Below are positions 11,368 through 24,205 of a stretch of 64,000 nucleotides of DNA, in pieces. The stretch comes from Eledone cirrhosa. Its lineage: Eukaryota. Below the pieces are notes generated by a model, which worked only from the letters and a program-made list of their open reading frames with translations, searched no databases and was not told the DNA's origin. The DNA is taken from contig OZ024741.1 in assembly GCA_964016885.1 (NCBI GenBank), forward strand, positions 164,424,001 through 164,488,000, written 5' to 3'. The first letter of the stretch is position 1; every line of letters begins with the position of its first letter. The position numbers and the translations under genes were made by a program.

Positions 11368-12875
11368 TATGAGTGAAAGAAATTTATATGTGAAAGAAAC
11401 CAGAGTTTTAGAGTAAGGTTATTTTCATACAGAATTATTGCAATAATTTGTAATTTAACATGCTTTTATTGCTACTATTGAATAACCACAGTTATCCCTG
11501 CTTCAGCACACACATTACAGAACACATTGATCGACTGTCTTAGAGCAAACCTCAACTCAACAGACATCCAACATTTTCGTTTGGTCTGACGTTCAACATT
11601 TGGTCGACATTCTAGCTGTCTATCACTTTCTCAGTATGGACATGTTAGTCATTGCAAGTTATAGGACACAGAAACATTGTGATTGCTCTTAGATAGTTTA
11701 TTAAAGTAGATTTTAACTATTACAAATGGACATTAAACGATGATGAACATGATGATTGAGACATTATCATCATTTAACGTCCATTTTCCCTGCTAGAAAG
11801 GACTGGATGGATCGTCACAGACCTACTTAATTGGATTTACTGATCTCCCAGATGTATCGGGGGGCGGGGGATTTCTCATACTTTCTTGGACTCTGCAGGG
11901 TGCACTGGATATATTTTATCATAGCCCCAGTATTTGAGAAGTTGTAGTGACTTTGACACAACTAAAGTGTCCTCTTGACACTTTGTTCTGCTAATTTTCT
12001 ATGGCTGGATGCGCTTCTTATCACATTATGTAATTATATAAACATACTAATTGTTGTTATAACAATACATCTATTAATTCACTCTGCTGTTGATTAACAC
12101 TGGTCACCTTGGTCAATAAATGCTTGGAAAAGAGATGATCACTTAAAGAACTATTAACATTTCAGTTCTAATATTTAGGACTTAAAACATGAAGTCATTG
12201 CTTCAAAAACTGTAGATTAGTGGTTGCTAAGCTTATTTCATCATGAAACCCTTATATGATTTCCTACCATGGACAATAAAAAAAACCCTAATTTTAACAC
12301 GATGTTAAATGAAAAAATTTAAATAAAAAATTACATTTGAATTTTATAAAATTTTACTAAAAGACATGTCATCTCATGGTACCCCAATATTGTTTTACAG
12401 AAATATGAGGTTCCTTAGGACATTATTTGTGAAACATTAAAGTTGAGTATTTGTTGAGGAAGATTTCGTAATGTCTACATAAGTCACGCTCCTTACATAT
12501 CTTGTTTAAGCCCCTCAATACCATATTTCTACTAAATAACATTGTTTGTTATTTTCAAATAATTGCAAATATAATCAAGAATTTGGAGGGATTTAGTAAT
12601 ATAACTTTCTCCATTTTTAGGCTAGAGTCTGGAACATCACTTAAAGGCTCATACATAAGTTTATGATGGAAGATTTTTAGATAAATGTAAAGAATTTAAA
12701 ACAAACAGTTTTGTATCGTAGAACCAAAGCCAGTTTCAAGCAGTATCATATTCAATGGGTTAATGTTCTATTATGTCAGAAAGGTACCATTTAGCAGTGA
12801 AATCAGAGAAATCCTGATGGAACAGTGCAAATTTGTTTAAACTGACCACACCCAGCTTTGTTGACACTTTCGGTT

Positions 12876-13112
12876 TAACTCTTTTTATACCAACCTGCCG
12901 AAATCTGCCTCTGATTCTAAGGAACAAAATCATCAATTTAGAAGGTTCCTATTTAAATTAGCATCTTCTAACATAATTTTATATTAAACAGTTTTTGTTA
13001 TGTTACAAATACCATCTTAATACTTGAAATAATTTGAGTAAATCACTCTAAATTCTCCATTGATTAATTCAAATAGTGTATTTTATCAGGACTATGGTAA
13101 TGAAAGGGTTAA
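12876..13112. mobile_element. Second TTAA-bounded MITE family (related remnants near 7542, 9140, 22075, 55108)
   Basis: The ends read TTAACTCTTTTTATACCAACC ... GGTAATGAAAGGGTTAA. Confidence 0.55.
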
Positions 13113-13577
13113 TATCATACTAAATTATTTATCAAATTATACAGGATATCACAGTATTCTTTGTTTCATCATTTCCTCATCTTTATCAATTAATCAAGTT
13201 CCCATAAGTGAAACATCCATTTGTTGAGGTGCAACTTTAAACATTTGATTGTGTGTCCATCACAGCATTTCAATGGACCTCAGAAATACTTGGCAGTACT
13301 CATCTCCTCTTCAAGTATCCAGTTCCTTTCTAAATTTAACTTGTCAACAGAAGCAGTTATTGAGGTGTGGCTGAAAAATGTCCCAGAGCCGAATGTGAGT
13401 CATTTGAGAACCAGTGCACTCGTGCATCTGTGAGGATTCCACTTCCAGACATTAAGGTATTCTCTCTACCCAAACACCCTAGTTTTGAGGTAATGTTTCT
13501 TCAAATTCTGGATAATACATTAACATAATTAATGTATTCATGTATCTATCTCTCTTCTTCAATATTTGTATGATTAA

Positions 13578-13798
13578 CCTTTTAGCATTTACATTACTCT
13601 ATATATACTAGTGTATTTTTGTGGTAAAGGTTTTATCTCATATAATTATCTCACATAATATCGAATCTATGAGATTTTGATGATATATATTTTGAGAACA
13701 ATACCTTAACATAAGTATGAGCAACTGGTTATGGCCAGTTTGAAGAGAAAGAGGTGAGAGAATGCTGGCTGGATATGGCTAGTTTAAATGCTAAAGGG
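13578..13798 (+). mobile_element. piggyBac-type MITE copy
   Basis: The ends read TTAA|CCTTTTAGCATTTA ... TAAATGCTAAAGGG|TTAA. Confidence 0.85.
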
Positions 13799-14121
13799 TT
13801 AAACATATTTGGCTTATGAAGCACTTGAGAAATTTGAAAATTTAGTGGTCTCAATACAGACAACTTTAACTAAAGTTGATAACTATAAATAATGGTTGAA
13901 AAATAAAGTACCCCCGGAGACAGAAAAAAAGTGGATAGAGATGTCTACAAGGAAATGAATCACAAATCTCTTGGCTGTCAGGTAAGTGCATTAGCCATTA
14001 CTCTATAGGATACCAGCCATAGATTGCCATATTTATGTTTAGAAGATTTAAGCCCACAGCTAGCAAGTAAACATTTGTCTCCAGGGGAATTTGGCCCAAT
14101 TTTTGCAATCATTATTTATAC

Positions 14122-14440
14122 TGGCAATATCGGTAGAGAGTCGGACACCATGCTTTGAAGCATAGAGTTACGTCCCTTTATGATCTGAGTTCAAATCCCG
14201 CCGAGGTTAACTTTGCCTTTCATCCTTACGGGGTCGATAAAATAAAGTACCAGTAATAATACACTGGGTAATTGCTGGCCTTGTGCCAATTATTTATATG
14301 GCAGTAACGGACACTATGCTTTGCCTTTCATCCTTACGGGGTCGATAAAATAAAGTACCAGTAATGCACTGGGGTTGATTTAATTGACTTTCCCTTCGCC
14401 CAAAATTGCTGGCCTTGTGCCTAAAATAGAAATCATTATT
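14122..14440 (+). mobile_element. SINE family A, one full copy plus one deleted copy in tandem
   Basis: The A box TGGCAATATCGG and B box GAGTTCAAATCC are present, and the core occurs twice. Confidence 0.9.
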
Positions 14441-14866
14441 TATAGTGATCAATTATTATTATTATAGTTATATGCATTGGAACCACTACATTTTCATACT
14501 TATCTATATCATATATGATAAGGGTTCAAGTTAAAATATGTTTGTTTATTAATATCTTTTGTTTTTATAATTTGTTTAATATTTGTAGTCTCCATGATGA
14601 TTGATCTCCCTTCCTAAACTAGCCTGACATTTAGCCTGTTTTCTGATTGTCTTCTACCATTATGGAGCAAGAAATAAAGATAATTATTGTTTAATTTCCT
14701 TCTAATATGATACAATTTTCAATAACATTATCCTGAAATAAATGGTCAAATTTTACACTGCTTAAATGTTAGAGATAAAAACATTTGAAGAAGTGCTGTG
14801 TGCATAAGAGAGAGAGAGAGGGAGGGAGAGAGAGAGAGGGAGAGAGGGAGAGAGAGAGAGAGAGTG

Positions 14867-14919
<53 letters not shown>

Positions 14920-15007
14920 AATGAAGTAATTCCGTCGGAAAAGTCCAGGAAAAAAGATGTAGGTAACAGAGCTTAATAGTTATGTAACAAACAACATAAG
15001 GCAATTA

Positions 15008-15067
15008 TTCCATTTACCAGTGGTTTCTTAAAAGCAAAAGATTTTGCTTTCAATCCTCAGAATGAAA
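15008..15067 (-). ncRNA. Mirror copy of the hammerhead motif on the minus (CASK-sense) strand
   Basis: This is the reverse-complement copy produced by the 14976-15223 palindrome. Confidence 0.7.
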
Positions 15068-15131
15068 AAATCCTGGTCTGTTTATTGAATTTGGTTTTTA
15101 AAATCCAAATTCAATAAACAGACCAGGATTT

Positions 15132-15191
15132 TTTCATTCTGAGGATTGAAAGCAAAATCTTTTGCTTTTAAGAAACCACTGGTAAATGGAA
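15132..15191 (+). ncRNA. Type I hammerhead ribozyme motif, structurally complete
   Basis: Stem I is TTTCATT/AATGGAA. The core is CTGAGGA (15139-15145), followed by stem II TTGAAAGCAAA/TTTGCTTTTAA and GAAA (15172-15175). Stem III is ACC-ACT-GGT and the cleavage triplet is GTA (15182-15184). Confidence 0.75.
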
Positions 15192-15232
15192 TAATTGCCT
15201 TATGTTGTTTGTTACATAACTATATATATATA

Positions 15233-15454
15233 CAGGATGTCCCCAAAAATGTATACACACTTTGATTACCTGTACAAGCAATATTTATTAGAATGCATAG
15301 CCTTTCCCCAAAATAAAATGAACTACAGACATAATTCAATTGTATGTAAACACCCAAGATTGTTTACATAATTTAAATAATGCATATAAAGCAGAATTTA
15401 TTTTAATGCATTTTTAAAGATTTTGTTATGTATGCATGTTTTGGGGACATCCTG
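15233..15454. mobile_element. Tc1/mariner-type MITE
   Basis: The ends read TA|CAGGATGTCCCCAAAA ... TTTTGGGGACATCCTG|TA. Confidence 0.85.
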
Positions 15455-15611
15455 TATATATTTCATATGTCATTGTTTAAGTTAACATCCAGTGGGAATA
15501 AACATATATTACAACAATATGAAACATTGTAATACAAATAATAGTTATGTGAAAGTTAATAAACACGCGAGAAGGATTGTTTGAAATGTAAGATATGCAA
15601 CACACAGACAC

Positions 15612-15875
15612 GGTACCACAACATCCAGTCCGAAACAAATGAGGTCATGTAGGTGTCACGACAAAAAAAACACACACAGTCCACGCTGTAATGTGGCCGT
15701 GTAGGTAACACGGTAAAAACCTCCCAGTCCACACTGTAAACGTGGTTGGTGTTAGGAAGGGCATCCAGCATAGAAAACCCGCCAGACAGTCCTATACGAG
15801 CAGGACAACAAATCTTGCCTCAAGTGGGAAAACTCCCGTCCAAACCCATGCAAGCATGGAAGATGGACGTTAAAC

Positions 15876-15916
<41 letters not shown>
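15612..15916 (+). mobile_element. RTE-tail short retroposon
   Basis: It is the reverse complement of 2806-3080 with a long (GAT)n tail. Confidence 0.85.
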
Positions 15917-15917
<1 letters not shown>

Positions 15918-15919
15918 AT

Positions 15920-16285
15920 AGAAAAGATTGTAGAATGAAGTGCATAAATGGGAGAGTGAGGTCTTGCTCCAAGCACACCCAACTGAGGAACCAACCATAA
16001 AAGTTAAAAGCGATATGAAGGTAGGGAAAGCAGCTGGACCATCTTGTATAGTTGTTGAGGTGCTAAAACCATCTGGCATGGTAGGTTACAAGCTAGTCAG
16101 ATGCATAGTTAATCAGGTTGTACAGATTGGTGTCATACTCAATAACTGATGTAGCACTATCATTGTAAATTACTACAAAGGGCAAAGGAGATGAACTAGA
16201 AAGAGGTAACTACAGAGGCATCAAGTTGATTGACCAGGTCAGGAAAGTTACTGAAAAGCTTATGGCACAACTAATTATGGACAAG
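15920..16285 (+). mobile_element. Degenerate RTE LINE reverse-transcriptase fragment
   Basis: It reads MKVGKAAGPSCIVVEVLK..., then YKG(KG)D..GNYRGIKLIDQVRKV. Confidence 0.75.
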
Positions 16286-16650
16286 CTATACATACACATA
16301 CTCACATGATGATAAAGTTATACATACACACACACATGATGATAAAGTTATACATACACATACTCACATGATGATAAAGTTATACATACACACACACACA
16401 CATGATGATAAAGCTATACATACACATACACACATTATGATAAAGCTATACATACACACACACATGATGATAAAGTTATACATACACATACACACATGAT
16501 AATAAAGCTATACACACACATGATGATAAAGTTATACATACACACACACACATGATGATAAAGTTATACATACACATACACACATGATGATAAAGCTATA
16601 CACACACATACACATAATGATAGAGTTACACATACAGACACACACACTAT
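16283..16650. repeat. About 30-bp tandem repeat
   Basis: CATGATGATAAAG(T/C)TATACATACACA.. occurs about 12 times with variable CA length. Confidence 0.9.
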
Positions 16651-17249
16651 GAGTTATTGATTCACTGATCTTCAAATCAATCTTAATCAGACAAAATTAA
16701 ACCACTTAACCAGAAAACAATTGTTAATCATTCTATAAAACAACAACAAAATACAGATTCTAAGGCTGCAGAAAGAAAAAAAAAATTAAATATAAAAAAA
16801 AATAATATTAGAAAATTATTTTTAATGGTGGCTGGAAACTTATAATTGTTTTGTTGTTTTTTTTCTTCAGTTAAAACCAAATATGGTAAAGAAAACTCCT
16901 AAGAATGGTATAAGAAACGAGACATAATTGTGAATATAGGCACAAACATGGCTGAGTGGTAAAGGAGTTCACTCTGGAACCAGTTGGTTCTGGATGGAGT
17001 TCTGCTACATGGCACCTTGGGTAAGTGTCTTGTGAGTGGAATATGGTTGACAGATGATGATGATATATATATATATTCCCTGAAGTCACACAAAATTCTA
17101 TGTTTTGTCTCTTGTCCCTTACTCCACTGGACAGCATTTAGCTTATGTCAAACACTGTGACTCCAGTTCACCAATCAGGTGAAGATGCAAGCCAGATTGA
17201 TTCTACGCTCATTAGAAAATGGAATAGACAGATGGTTATGAATACTATG

Positions 17250-18760
17250 TCCTTACACAGGGAAGAATGCAACAAACAAAATAAACTAGTCATTAGTTAC
17301 ATCAAAATAAAAACCAGATGGAATCAGAAATGTAGGAGAATCTGGAAAAGGAGGCTCTGGACACTATAGGATTTCTCTGCTAAATATAGATTCAGAAATG
17401 TTCTATGTGATGTTTACAGTAAGATTGGGGAGGAGATATGTATGTATAGCAGAGAAATGTTCTATGTGATGTTTACAGTAAGATTGGGGAGGAGATATGT
17501 ATGTATAGCAGAGAAATGTTCTATGTGATGTTTACAGTAAGATTGGGGAGGAGATATGTATGTATAGCAGAGAAATGTTCTATGTGATGTTTACAGTAAG
17601 ATTGGGGAGGAGATATGTATGTATAGCAGAGAAATGTTCTATGTGATGTTTACAGTAAGACTGGGGAGGAGATATGTATGTATAGCAGAGAAATGTTCTA
17701 TGTGATGTTTACAGTGAGATTGGGGAGGAGATATGTATGTATAGCAGAGAAATGTTCTATGTGATGTTTACAGTAAGATTGGGGAGGAGATATGTATGTA
17801 TAGCAGAGAAATGTTCTATGTGATGTTTACAGTGAGATTGGGGAGGAGATATGTATGTATAGCAGAGAAATGTTCTATGTGATGTTTACAGTGAGATTGG
17901 GGAGGAGATATGTATGTATAGCAGAGAAATGTTCTATGTGATGTTTACAGTGAGATTGGGGAGGAGATATGTATGTATAGCAGAGAAATGTTCTATGTGA
18001 TGTTTACAGTGAGATTGGGGAGGAGATATGTATGTATAGCAGAGAAAACAATTGGAAGTTCCTACGGAATCTTCTGCTGATTATTGATAAGATCTGTAAC
18101 TGGATCAAAGTAAGAGCCAGATGAAAGGTGATTGGTGTGGAACAGTGCTGTAGGTATAGACATTAAAGTTAGGAAGACAAGTGAAGAGCATTATCAACTA
18201 GCTAAAAGAGAAGCTCACTTAGACTCATTGATGCTTAGAAGAAAATGGCTAGTAAATGCTTGATGAGAAGTTGATAAATGTGGAGAATTATATGATACCT
18301 ATATGTAAAATGAGAGGTTGCATAGTAGTGAGATATGAGCAGTGAATATAGAGCATATGTGAAGGCTAGAGAGAAATGAAATGAGTATGTGCCGTCATAT
18401 GTAATGTTAATGTACATGAACAATGAAGCACAGATGAGCTGAGTGAAAAAACTGGGTATAAGTTGTGGAGTCTCAAAAGAAAAGATTGTATTAGTATGGA
18501 CATGTGATGCTTATGGATGATGATAGTGGGGTGAAGAAGTGTCACGGGATCTAAGTGGAAGGAATCTTCTGCAGAAGAAGACCCAGAAAGATCTGGGCAG
18601 AAGTGGTGAGAGCTGATCTCAAAATGCTAAACCTCATAAAGGAGATGGCAAAGGACTGCAACAAGAGTGGAGAGAAGCTGAGCTAGAAAAAACACAATCA
18701 GCCCATGAAAACATGGAAAATTGAATGGAAAATGACAATGATGATGATAATGTTGATGAT
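17250..18760 (+). mobile_element. Highly degenerate RTE LINE remnants surrounding a 59-bp minisatellite
   Basis: Fragments include WNSAV..HYQLAKREA (about 18135-18215) and YGHVMLMDDDSGVKKC..RRRPRKIWAEVVRADL (about 18495-18620), plus a (GAT)n-like tail. Confidence 0.6.
17394..18047. repeat. 59-bp minisatellite, about 11 copies
   Basis: The unit is AGAAATGTTCTATGTGATGTTTACAGT(A/G)AGATTGGGGAGGAGATATGTATGTATAGCAG. Confidence 0.95.
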
Positions 18761-18797
18761 AACTCTTGTCAGTGAAGCTGTGTGCAGTCATCATTAC

Positions 18798-19000
18798 CTG
18801 AGGTTCTACATCCAGTATTGCCATTAGACTTTCAGCATGTATATGTCGTATAGTTTCCAGTTTTGTGCCATACATAGCATCTTCATGTGTTCCATATTCT
18901 AAGTATTCGTTAGATTCTATATCTGCCATCATTTTTTTTCGGGTCACAAAATAATAATTTTTCCCATTTTCTTCATCTTTTCGTGGCGGTCGAGTTGTGT
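18798..19000 (-). CDS. CASK: CASK exon, GK domain core
   Basis: The 203-nt exon is phase 1/0, with a (CT)n-ACAG acceptor and a CAG|GTAATG donor. It reads (H)[67 protein letters not shown]. Confidence 0.97.
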
Positions 19001-19061
19001 CTGTAGAGTGAGAGAGAGAGAGAAAGGGGAGATAATTATTTCCATGTAACTATTAATGTCT

Positions 19062-19545
19062 CAATAAAATATACCCAGTACACTGTGTAAAGTGGTATTG
19101 CTGGTGTCACAATAACATATACCCAGTACACTGTGTAAAGTGGTATTGCTGGTGTCACAATAACATATACCCAGTACACTGTGTAAAGTGGTATTGCTGG
19201 TGTTACAATAAAATATACCCAGTACACTCTGTAAAATGGTAGTCCTGGTGTCACAATAAAATATACCCAGTACACTCTGTAAAGTGGTAGTACTGGTGTC
19301 ACAATAAAATATACCCAGTACACTCTGTAAAATGGTAGTCCTGGTGTCACAATAAAATATACCCAGTACACTCTGTAAAGTGGTAGTACTGGTGTCACAA
19401 TAAAATATACCCAGTACACTCTGTAAAGTGGTAGTCCTGGTGTCACAATAAAATATACCCAGTACACTCTGTAAAATGGTAGTCCTGGTGTCACAATAAA
19501 ATATACCCAGTACACTCTGTAAAATGGTATTGTTGGTTTCACAAT
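19062..19545. repeat. 48-bp minisatellite, about 10 copies
   Basis: The unit is AATAAAATATACCCAGTACACTCTGTAAAGTGGTAGTACTGGTGTCAC. Confidence 0.95.
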
Positions 19546-21256
19546 GCATTCAGTATGCCTGGTAAAGTTGTACTGCTGGTGCCAAAATAAAATGTATCCA
19601 ATACATTCTTTAAAGCGGTAGTGCTGGTGCCATGCTAAGATTTGCACACATATACTCATAGACAACATACTTTAGCAACACACAGACAGCAGTAGGACAA
19701 CACAATTTAGCAACACAGATACACAGACAATACAGTTTCATAATAATACACATGTACACATAGAGAACTCAGTTTAACAATACACATATACACATAGACA
19801 AAATACATAGAGTAAGTTGACAACTGAGTTAGAAACACTCAATGCATAAAAAACAGATGGGGTAGAATCTTAGTTTCAGCAATGATGGCTTATCTGAAGA
19901 GGTTGTAGGAGTTGCACAAAGACATATTCATGAGAAATCAATAAATAAATTAGCATGTAGATTATAATTGGCAATAATTAAAGATACTAAAAAACAACCT
20001 ACAAACTCTTTGTATTGATTCAACATGAATTTACCAAACATACTTTATATTATTAAAAGAATTATTATAAATTATTTGATAACGCCCAATACACCAAAAT
20101 CTGTAAGAGTTCCAATAATTAAATTCTTATACCAAGGAAACTACAAGATTTGTTCATTAAATGCTTGTATAAAAAACAGCCAAAAAGAATTCTTAAAATA
20201 AATGTACCAAAAGAATGTAAATAGTTTTATTGATATACAACTAATCTAAAGATCTATGAGTGTTCTATAGATAAATATCAGTTACCAGTTTTAAAAGATC
20301 TGCAAGAGTTCCTTTAATAGATGCTGGTATCCAAAAGTCTAAGAATTACACCAATATATATATATATGAGATGTAAAATATTAGTTTCTCTATCAATTTC
20401 ATGTATCAAGAGATCCATATTATGCTGATATCCAAAAGTCTAAAAATTCTTCAAATAAATAAATATATATGAGCCATAAAATATTACTTCCCCCATCAAT
20501 TGCATGAACAAAAGATCCATATTAGTTCTTCTCTCGTTGACCAGCATCAAAGGATCAAAAGAGCATCTTATAGTCCGAAACTTATCAATACAGCCACTGA
20601 CAGTTTCTCTACTAGTTTCCATTTTTCCATTGTGAAGAAATAATTCCAATAGCAAGCTGCATCTCTTTGATATTAGACTGCTACCCTATTGATTAAACTT
20701 TGAAAGCTAATTATGCGTTTTATCCTCTATCTCCACCACCAGCATTACCATTTCATTTAAGAGACTTCATTCACATTCCACTTTTATGTCTCAGTGAACA
20801 ATGCACTCCTTTGAAACTCTCCCTATCTCTCAACCTTCCATATTTCTATTTTCTCCTAACTCTCTCTCTTTCTCTCTATGACTGTCTCAGGCATTATCCT
20901 TCACTGTTATAATATTGAAGACAACACTGTTTGTTTACCAATATCATCTTTCTTCCTTCCTTATATAGATATTTCATCTCCAGTTGATGGAGAGAGGCAG
21001 AATTTCTGTTGGTTTTACTCTGAGCTATCCATTCTATATTTACCTTGTATTTCAACACCATCAAAACTAGATGTTGCAAATCAATAACATAGATTTCAAT
21101 ATTCGTTTTTAAAAACCTAAGGCAGTAATATTTTAAGAAATGATATTAACATCAGAAAATGTAGATCTTGTGCTTGCTAGGTTTCTAAATTTATTTATCT
21201 TTAAATCAAGTCTTAACATCAGCTGATTTATTCCATACTAATGAAGCTTATATGAC

Positions 21257-21561
21257 ACAAACTATATAGTACTGTATTGTAACTTACAGATCTAATAGCT
21301 TACAGTAACTTATAGTAATATACATCTGTTACAAACTATATAGTACTGTATTGTAACTTACAGATCTAATAGCTTACAGTAACTTATAGTAATATACATC
21401 TGTTACAAACTATATAGTACTGTATTGTAACTTACAGATCTAATAGCTTACAGTAACTTATAGTAATATACATCTGTTACAAACTATATAGTACTGTATT
21501 GTAACTTACAGATCTAATAGCTTACAGTAACTTATAGTAATATACATCTGTTACAAACTAT
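21257..21561. repeat. 74-bp tandem repeat, 4 copies
   Basis: CAAACTATATAGTACTG...CATCTGTTA recurs at 74-bp spacing. Confidence 0.95.
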
Positions 21562-21593
21562 AATGCCTCACAGAAATGGACAATTGATATAGA

Positions 21594-21928
21594 TTAAGGT
21601 CCCACTCGGTCACGAATGACCATGGTTTTGCACCTAGAAAGTTTCCCTCCAAGGCACAAGCCTGGGCAAAGTTTGTTTTGTGGAAGACCAGCAGTCACCC
21701 ATGTATACCAGTCTCCTCTCACCACGTCACCAATGTTGTCCAAGGGGAAGGCAATGGCCGATACAGCTTGGCACCAGTGACGTCACACCTCATTTCTACA
21801 GCTGAGTAAACTGGAACAACATGAAATAAAGTGTCTTGCTCAAGGACACAATGCACCACACGGTCTGAGAATCGAACTCACAACCTCTCAATTGCAAGCC
21901 CAATGCTCTAAGCACTAAGCCATGCACT
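21594..21928 (-). mobile_element. SINE with family B head and core but a different 3' tail
   Basis: It shares CTCATTTCTACAGCTGAGTAAACTGG..GAAATAAAGTGTCTTGCTCAAGG..GAACTCACAACC with family B but has an unrelated 21594-21785 segment. Confidence 0.75.
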
Positions 21929-22235
21929 TTACTTGATATAGTAGTCTACATGTAATGTAGAGTACTGTAGTATCATATAGTATCTTACATCACTACATAT
22001 TTGATTGAGACAGAATGGGAACAGAACAAAAAACAACAGGGGGATGTTAAAAATCTAGGCTAAAACAAACAAGTAACCCTTTTGATACAAACTGTCTCTG
22101 TTTCCTTGATACAAAGCTGTACACTTAGAAATGTTGACATTTACCTAAAAACTTTCCATCATAATGTAATGTAAGAAACTTTAAGATATGCTCCAAACAC
22201 CAGATATTTATTATTTATTTATTTATTCAGTTTAA

Positions 22236-22456
22236 TCCTTTAACATTTAAACCGTCTATATCCAGCCAGAATTCTCTCACCTCTTTCTGTTCAAACCGGC
22301 CTTAACTGGCTGCTTATAGTTATGTTAAGGTATTGTTCTCAAAATAAATAATATCAAATTCTCATAAATTCGATCTTATGTGAAACAATTATGTGAGATA
22401 AAGTGTTCACAGTGAAAATACAATAATAAATATAGAATAATGTAAATGCTAAAGGG
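22236..22456 (-). mobile_element. piggyBac-type MITE copy
   Basis: This is a reverse-orientation copy bounded by TTAA. Confidence 0.8.
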
Positions 22457-22768
22457 TTAAACGTCCATATAGAGCTAGTAAGCCATGACAGACTAGGGGA
22501 AGTATTGGATACTCCTTACAGTTGGTAATCCAAAAAAAGCTAGTGAAACAAATAATATGAAAGTTTATTATACCACTAAAATCCTTCAAACTTTTGATTT
22601 TCATTAAAATTATATGAAAATCATAGTTAGCATTTTTTATTTGGAATATGGTAACAAAAGTGCAAAGGTTATATGTACTGTACTAATATCATACAATATA
22701 ATTTGTTGGTTATCCACCAGTTTTATACTGCTAATTAATATAGAAGGGTATATTGGTACCATACTTAC

Positions 22769-22849
22769 GTGGAATGGGATAAGCAAATTTATTGGGATGA
22801 CTTGTTATTAATGTGTTTTTAATATGCCTTCGTCCAACGCCATGAGCAC
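22769..22849 (-). CDS. CASK: CASK exon, GK domain degenerate P-loop region
   Basis: The 81-nt exon is phase 1/1 with AG and GTAAGT boundaries. It reads (G)[26 protein letters not shown](H), containing the CASK-typical [15 protein letters not shown] motif. Confidence 0.96.
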
Positions 22850-22932
22850 CTATATAAATAGAATATTAATAAATGAACAGATAATTATAATTTAATAGTC
22901 ATTCAAACTTCAATACAAAAATAACCTTATTA

Positions 22933-23635
22933 GGATTGGCAGTATCAGTAGAGGGTCGGACACCATGTTTTGACGCATAGAGTTATGGCCCTTGCCATTC
23001 TGAGTTCAAATCCTGCCGAGGTTAACTTTGCCTTTCATCCTTACGGGGTCGATAAAATAAAGTACCAGTAATGTACTAGTTAATTCCTGGCCTTGTGCCA
23101 AAAGTAGAAACAATTATTAGTTAGAGGGCCGGTTAGAGCAGTGCATTGGCAGTATCAGTAGAGGCTTGGACGCCATACTTTGCAGCATAGAGTTAAGGCC
23201 CTTTACGGTCTGAGTTCCATTCCCAACGGGGTTAACTTTGCCTAGGGTCAATAAAATAAAGTACCATTAATGCACTAGGATAATTGCTGGCCTTGTGTCA
23301 AAAGTAGAAACAATTATTAGTTAGAGGGTTGGATGCTATGCTTTGCATCATGGAGTTACGGCCCTTTACGTTCTGAGTTCAAATCCCGCTGAGGTTAACT
23401 TTGCCTTTCATCCTTACAAGGTCGATAAAATACAGCACCAGTAATGCACTGGAGTAATTGCTGGCCTTGTGCCAAAAGTAGAAAAAATTATTAGTATGGA
23501 TTGGCAGAGTCGGTAGAGCGTCGAACAATATGCTTTGTGGCATAGAGTTGCGGCCCTTTACGCTCAGAGTTCAAATCCCAGTGTACGCTGCTTATCCTAT
23601 TATGTTCCAGTGGTTCATAAAATAAATACCAGTTA
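22933..23635 (+). mobile_element. Head-to-tail array of four SINE family A copies
   Basis: Units start at about 22933, 23145, 23320 and 23497, each with a B box; three retain the core and tail. Confidence 0.9.
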
Positions 23636-24205
23636 AAGAAAGAGATTTATTTTGTACATTTTAAAGAAGACCAAATAGTTGAATCTGACTGAGTTGCTAG
23701 ATTGATAGTATGTGACCTGAAGAGCCAATGGTTTGTATTCCATCACCAGTTTTGCACTGGTTTTATAACCTATACTACATAAGTGCATCATGCAGTAGAG
23801 GTCACTGCTGTAATGAGCGGGAGCACTGTATCATTAATGAGGTTTTACTTTAGACAGTTGATGTAATTATTAACATCCAGTACCACAAGAAACAGCTCTA
23901 GCAAGACATTCTTAGAAAGTACAAAACAACATTAATGAAAGTTTACTTTACTGCAACTTTTTACAATAACAAAAAAACATTTTTAGATATTTTCTGCTAA
24001 ATGCATACAGGATGTTGAAAATTACACACTGAATTCTAATAAAATGAGTCTTTTATTAGTTTCATGTTTTATTCAAGAGCTCAAGTAAATCTGTGGACCT
24101 TATTCAACCAATTCTAACATCTTGATACCACAGTCAATTTCAACACATCCTTACATTATTACAGCTTACAGTATTAGGGTGGAAGCTAATCTAAATAATT
24201 TACAA

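Larger units (their letters stand above)
14976..15223. repeat. Near-perfect spacerless palindrome (about 124-bp arms) in a (TA)n-flanked element
   Basis: The arms are reverse complements about 15099/15100; I saw a single T-T mismatch (15095/15104). Confidence 0.95.

Noticed and set aside
13221-13460. Non-repetitive, moderately GC-rich stretch as an extra exon or gene
   Set aside because: I found no recognisable CASK or other protein similarity in the frames examined and no convincing splice pair.
18627-18797. Extension of the GK ORF beyond DVEPQ
   Set aside because: Homology ends at the CAG|GTAATG donor, and the extension runs into an antisense LINE remnant.
19036-19668. 210-aa and 162-aa repetitive ORFs
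   Set aside because: They are translations of the 48-bp tandem repeat.
22933-23020. A and B box sequences as tRNA genes
   Set aside because: They are heads of multi-copy SINEs followed by core and tail sequence; no full cloverleaf was seen.
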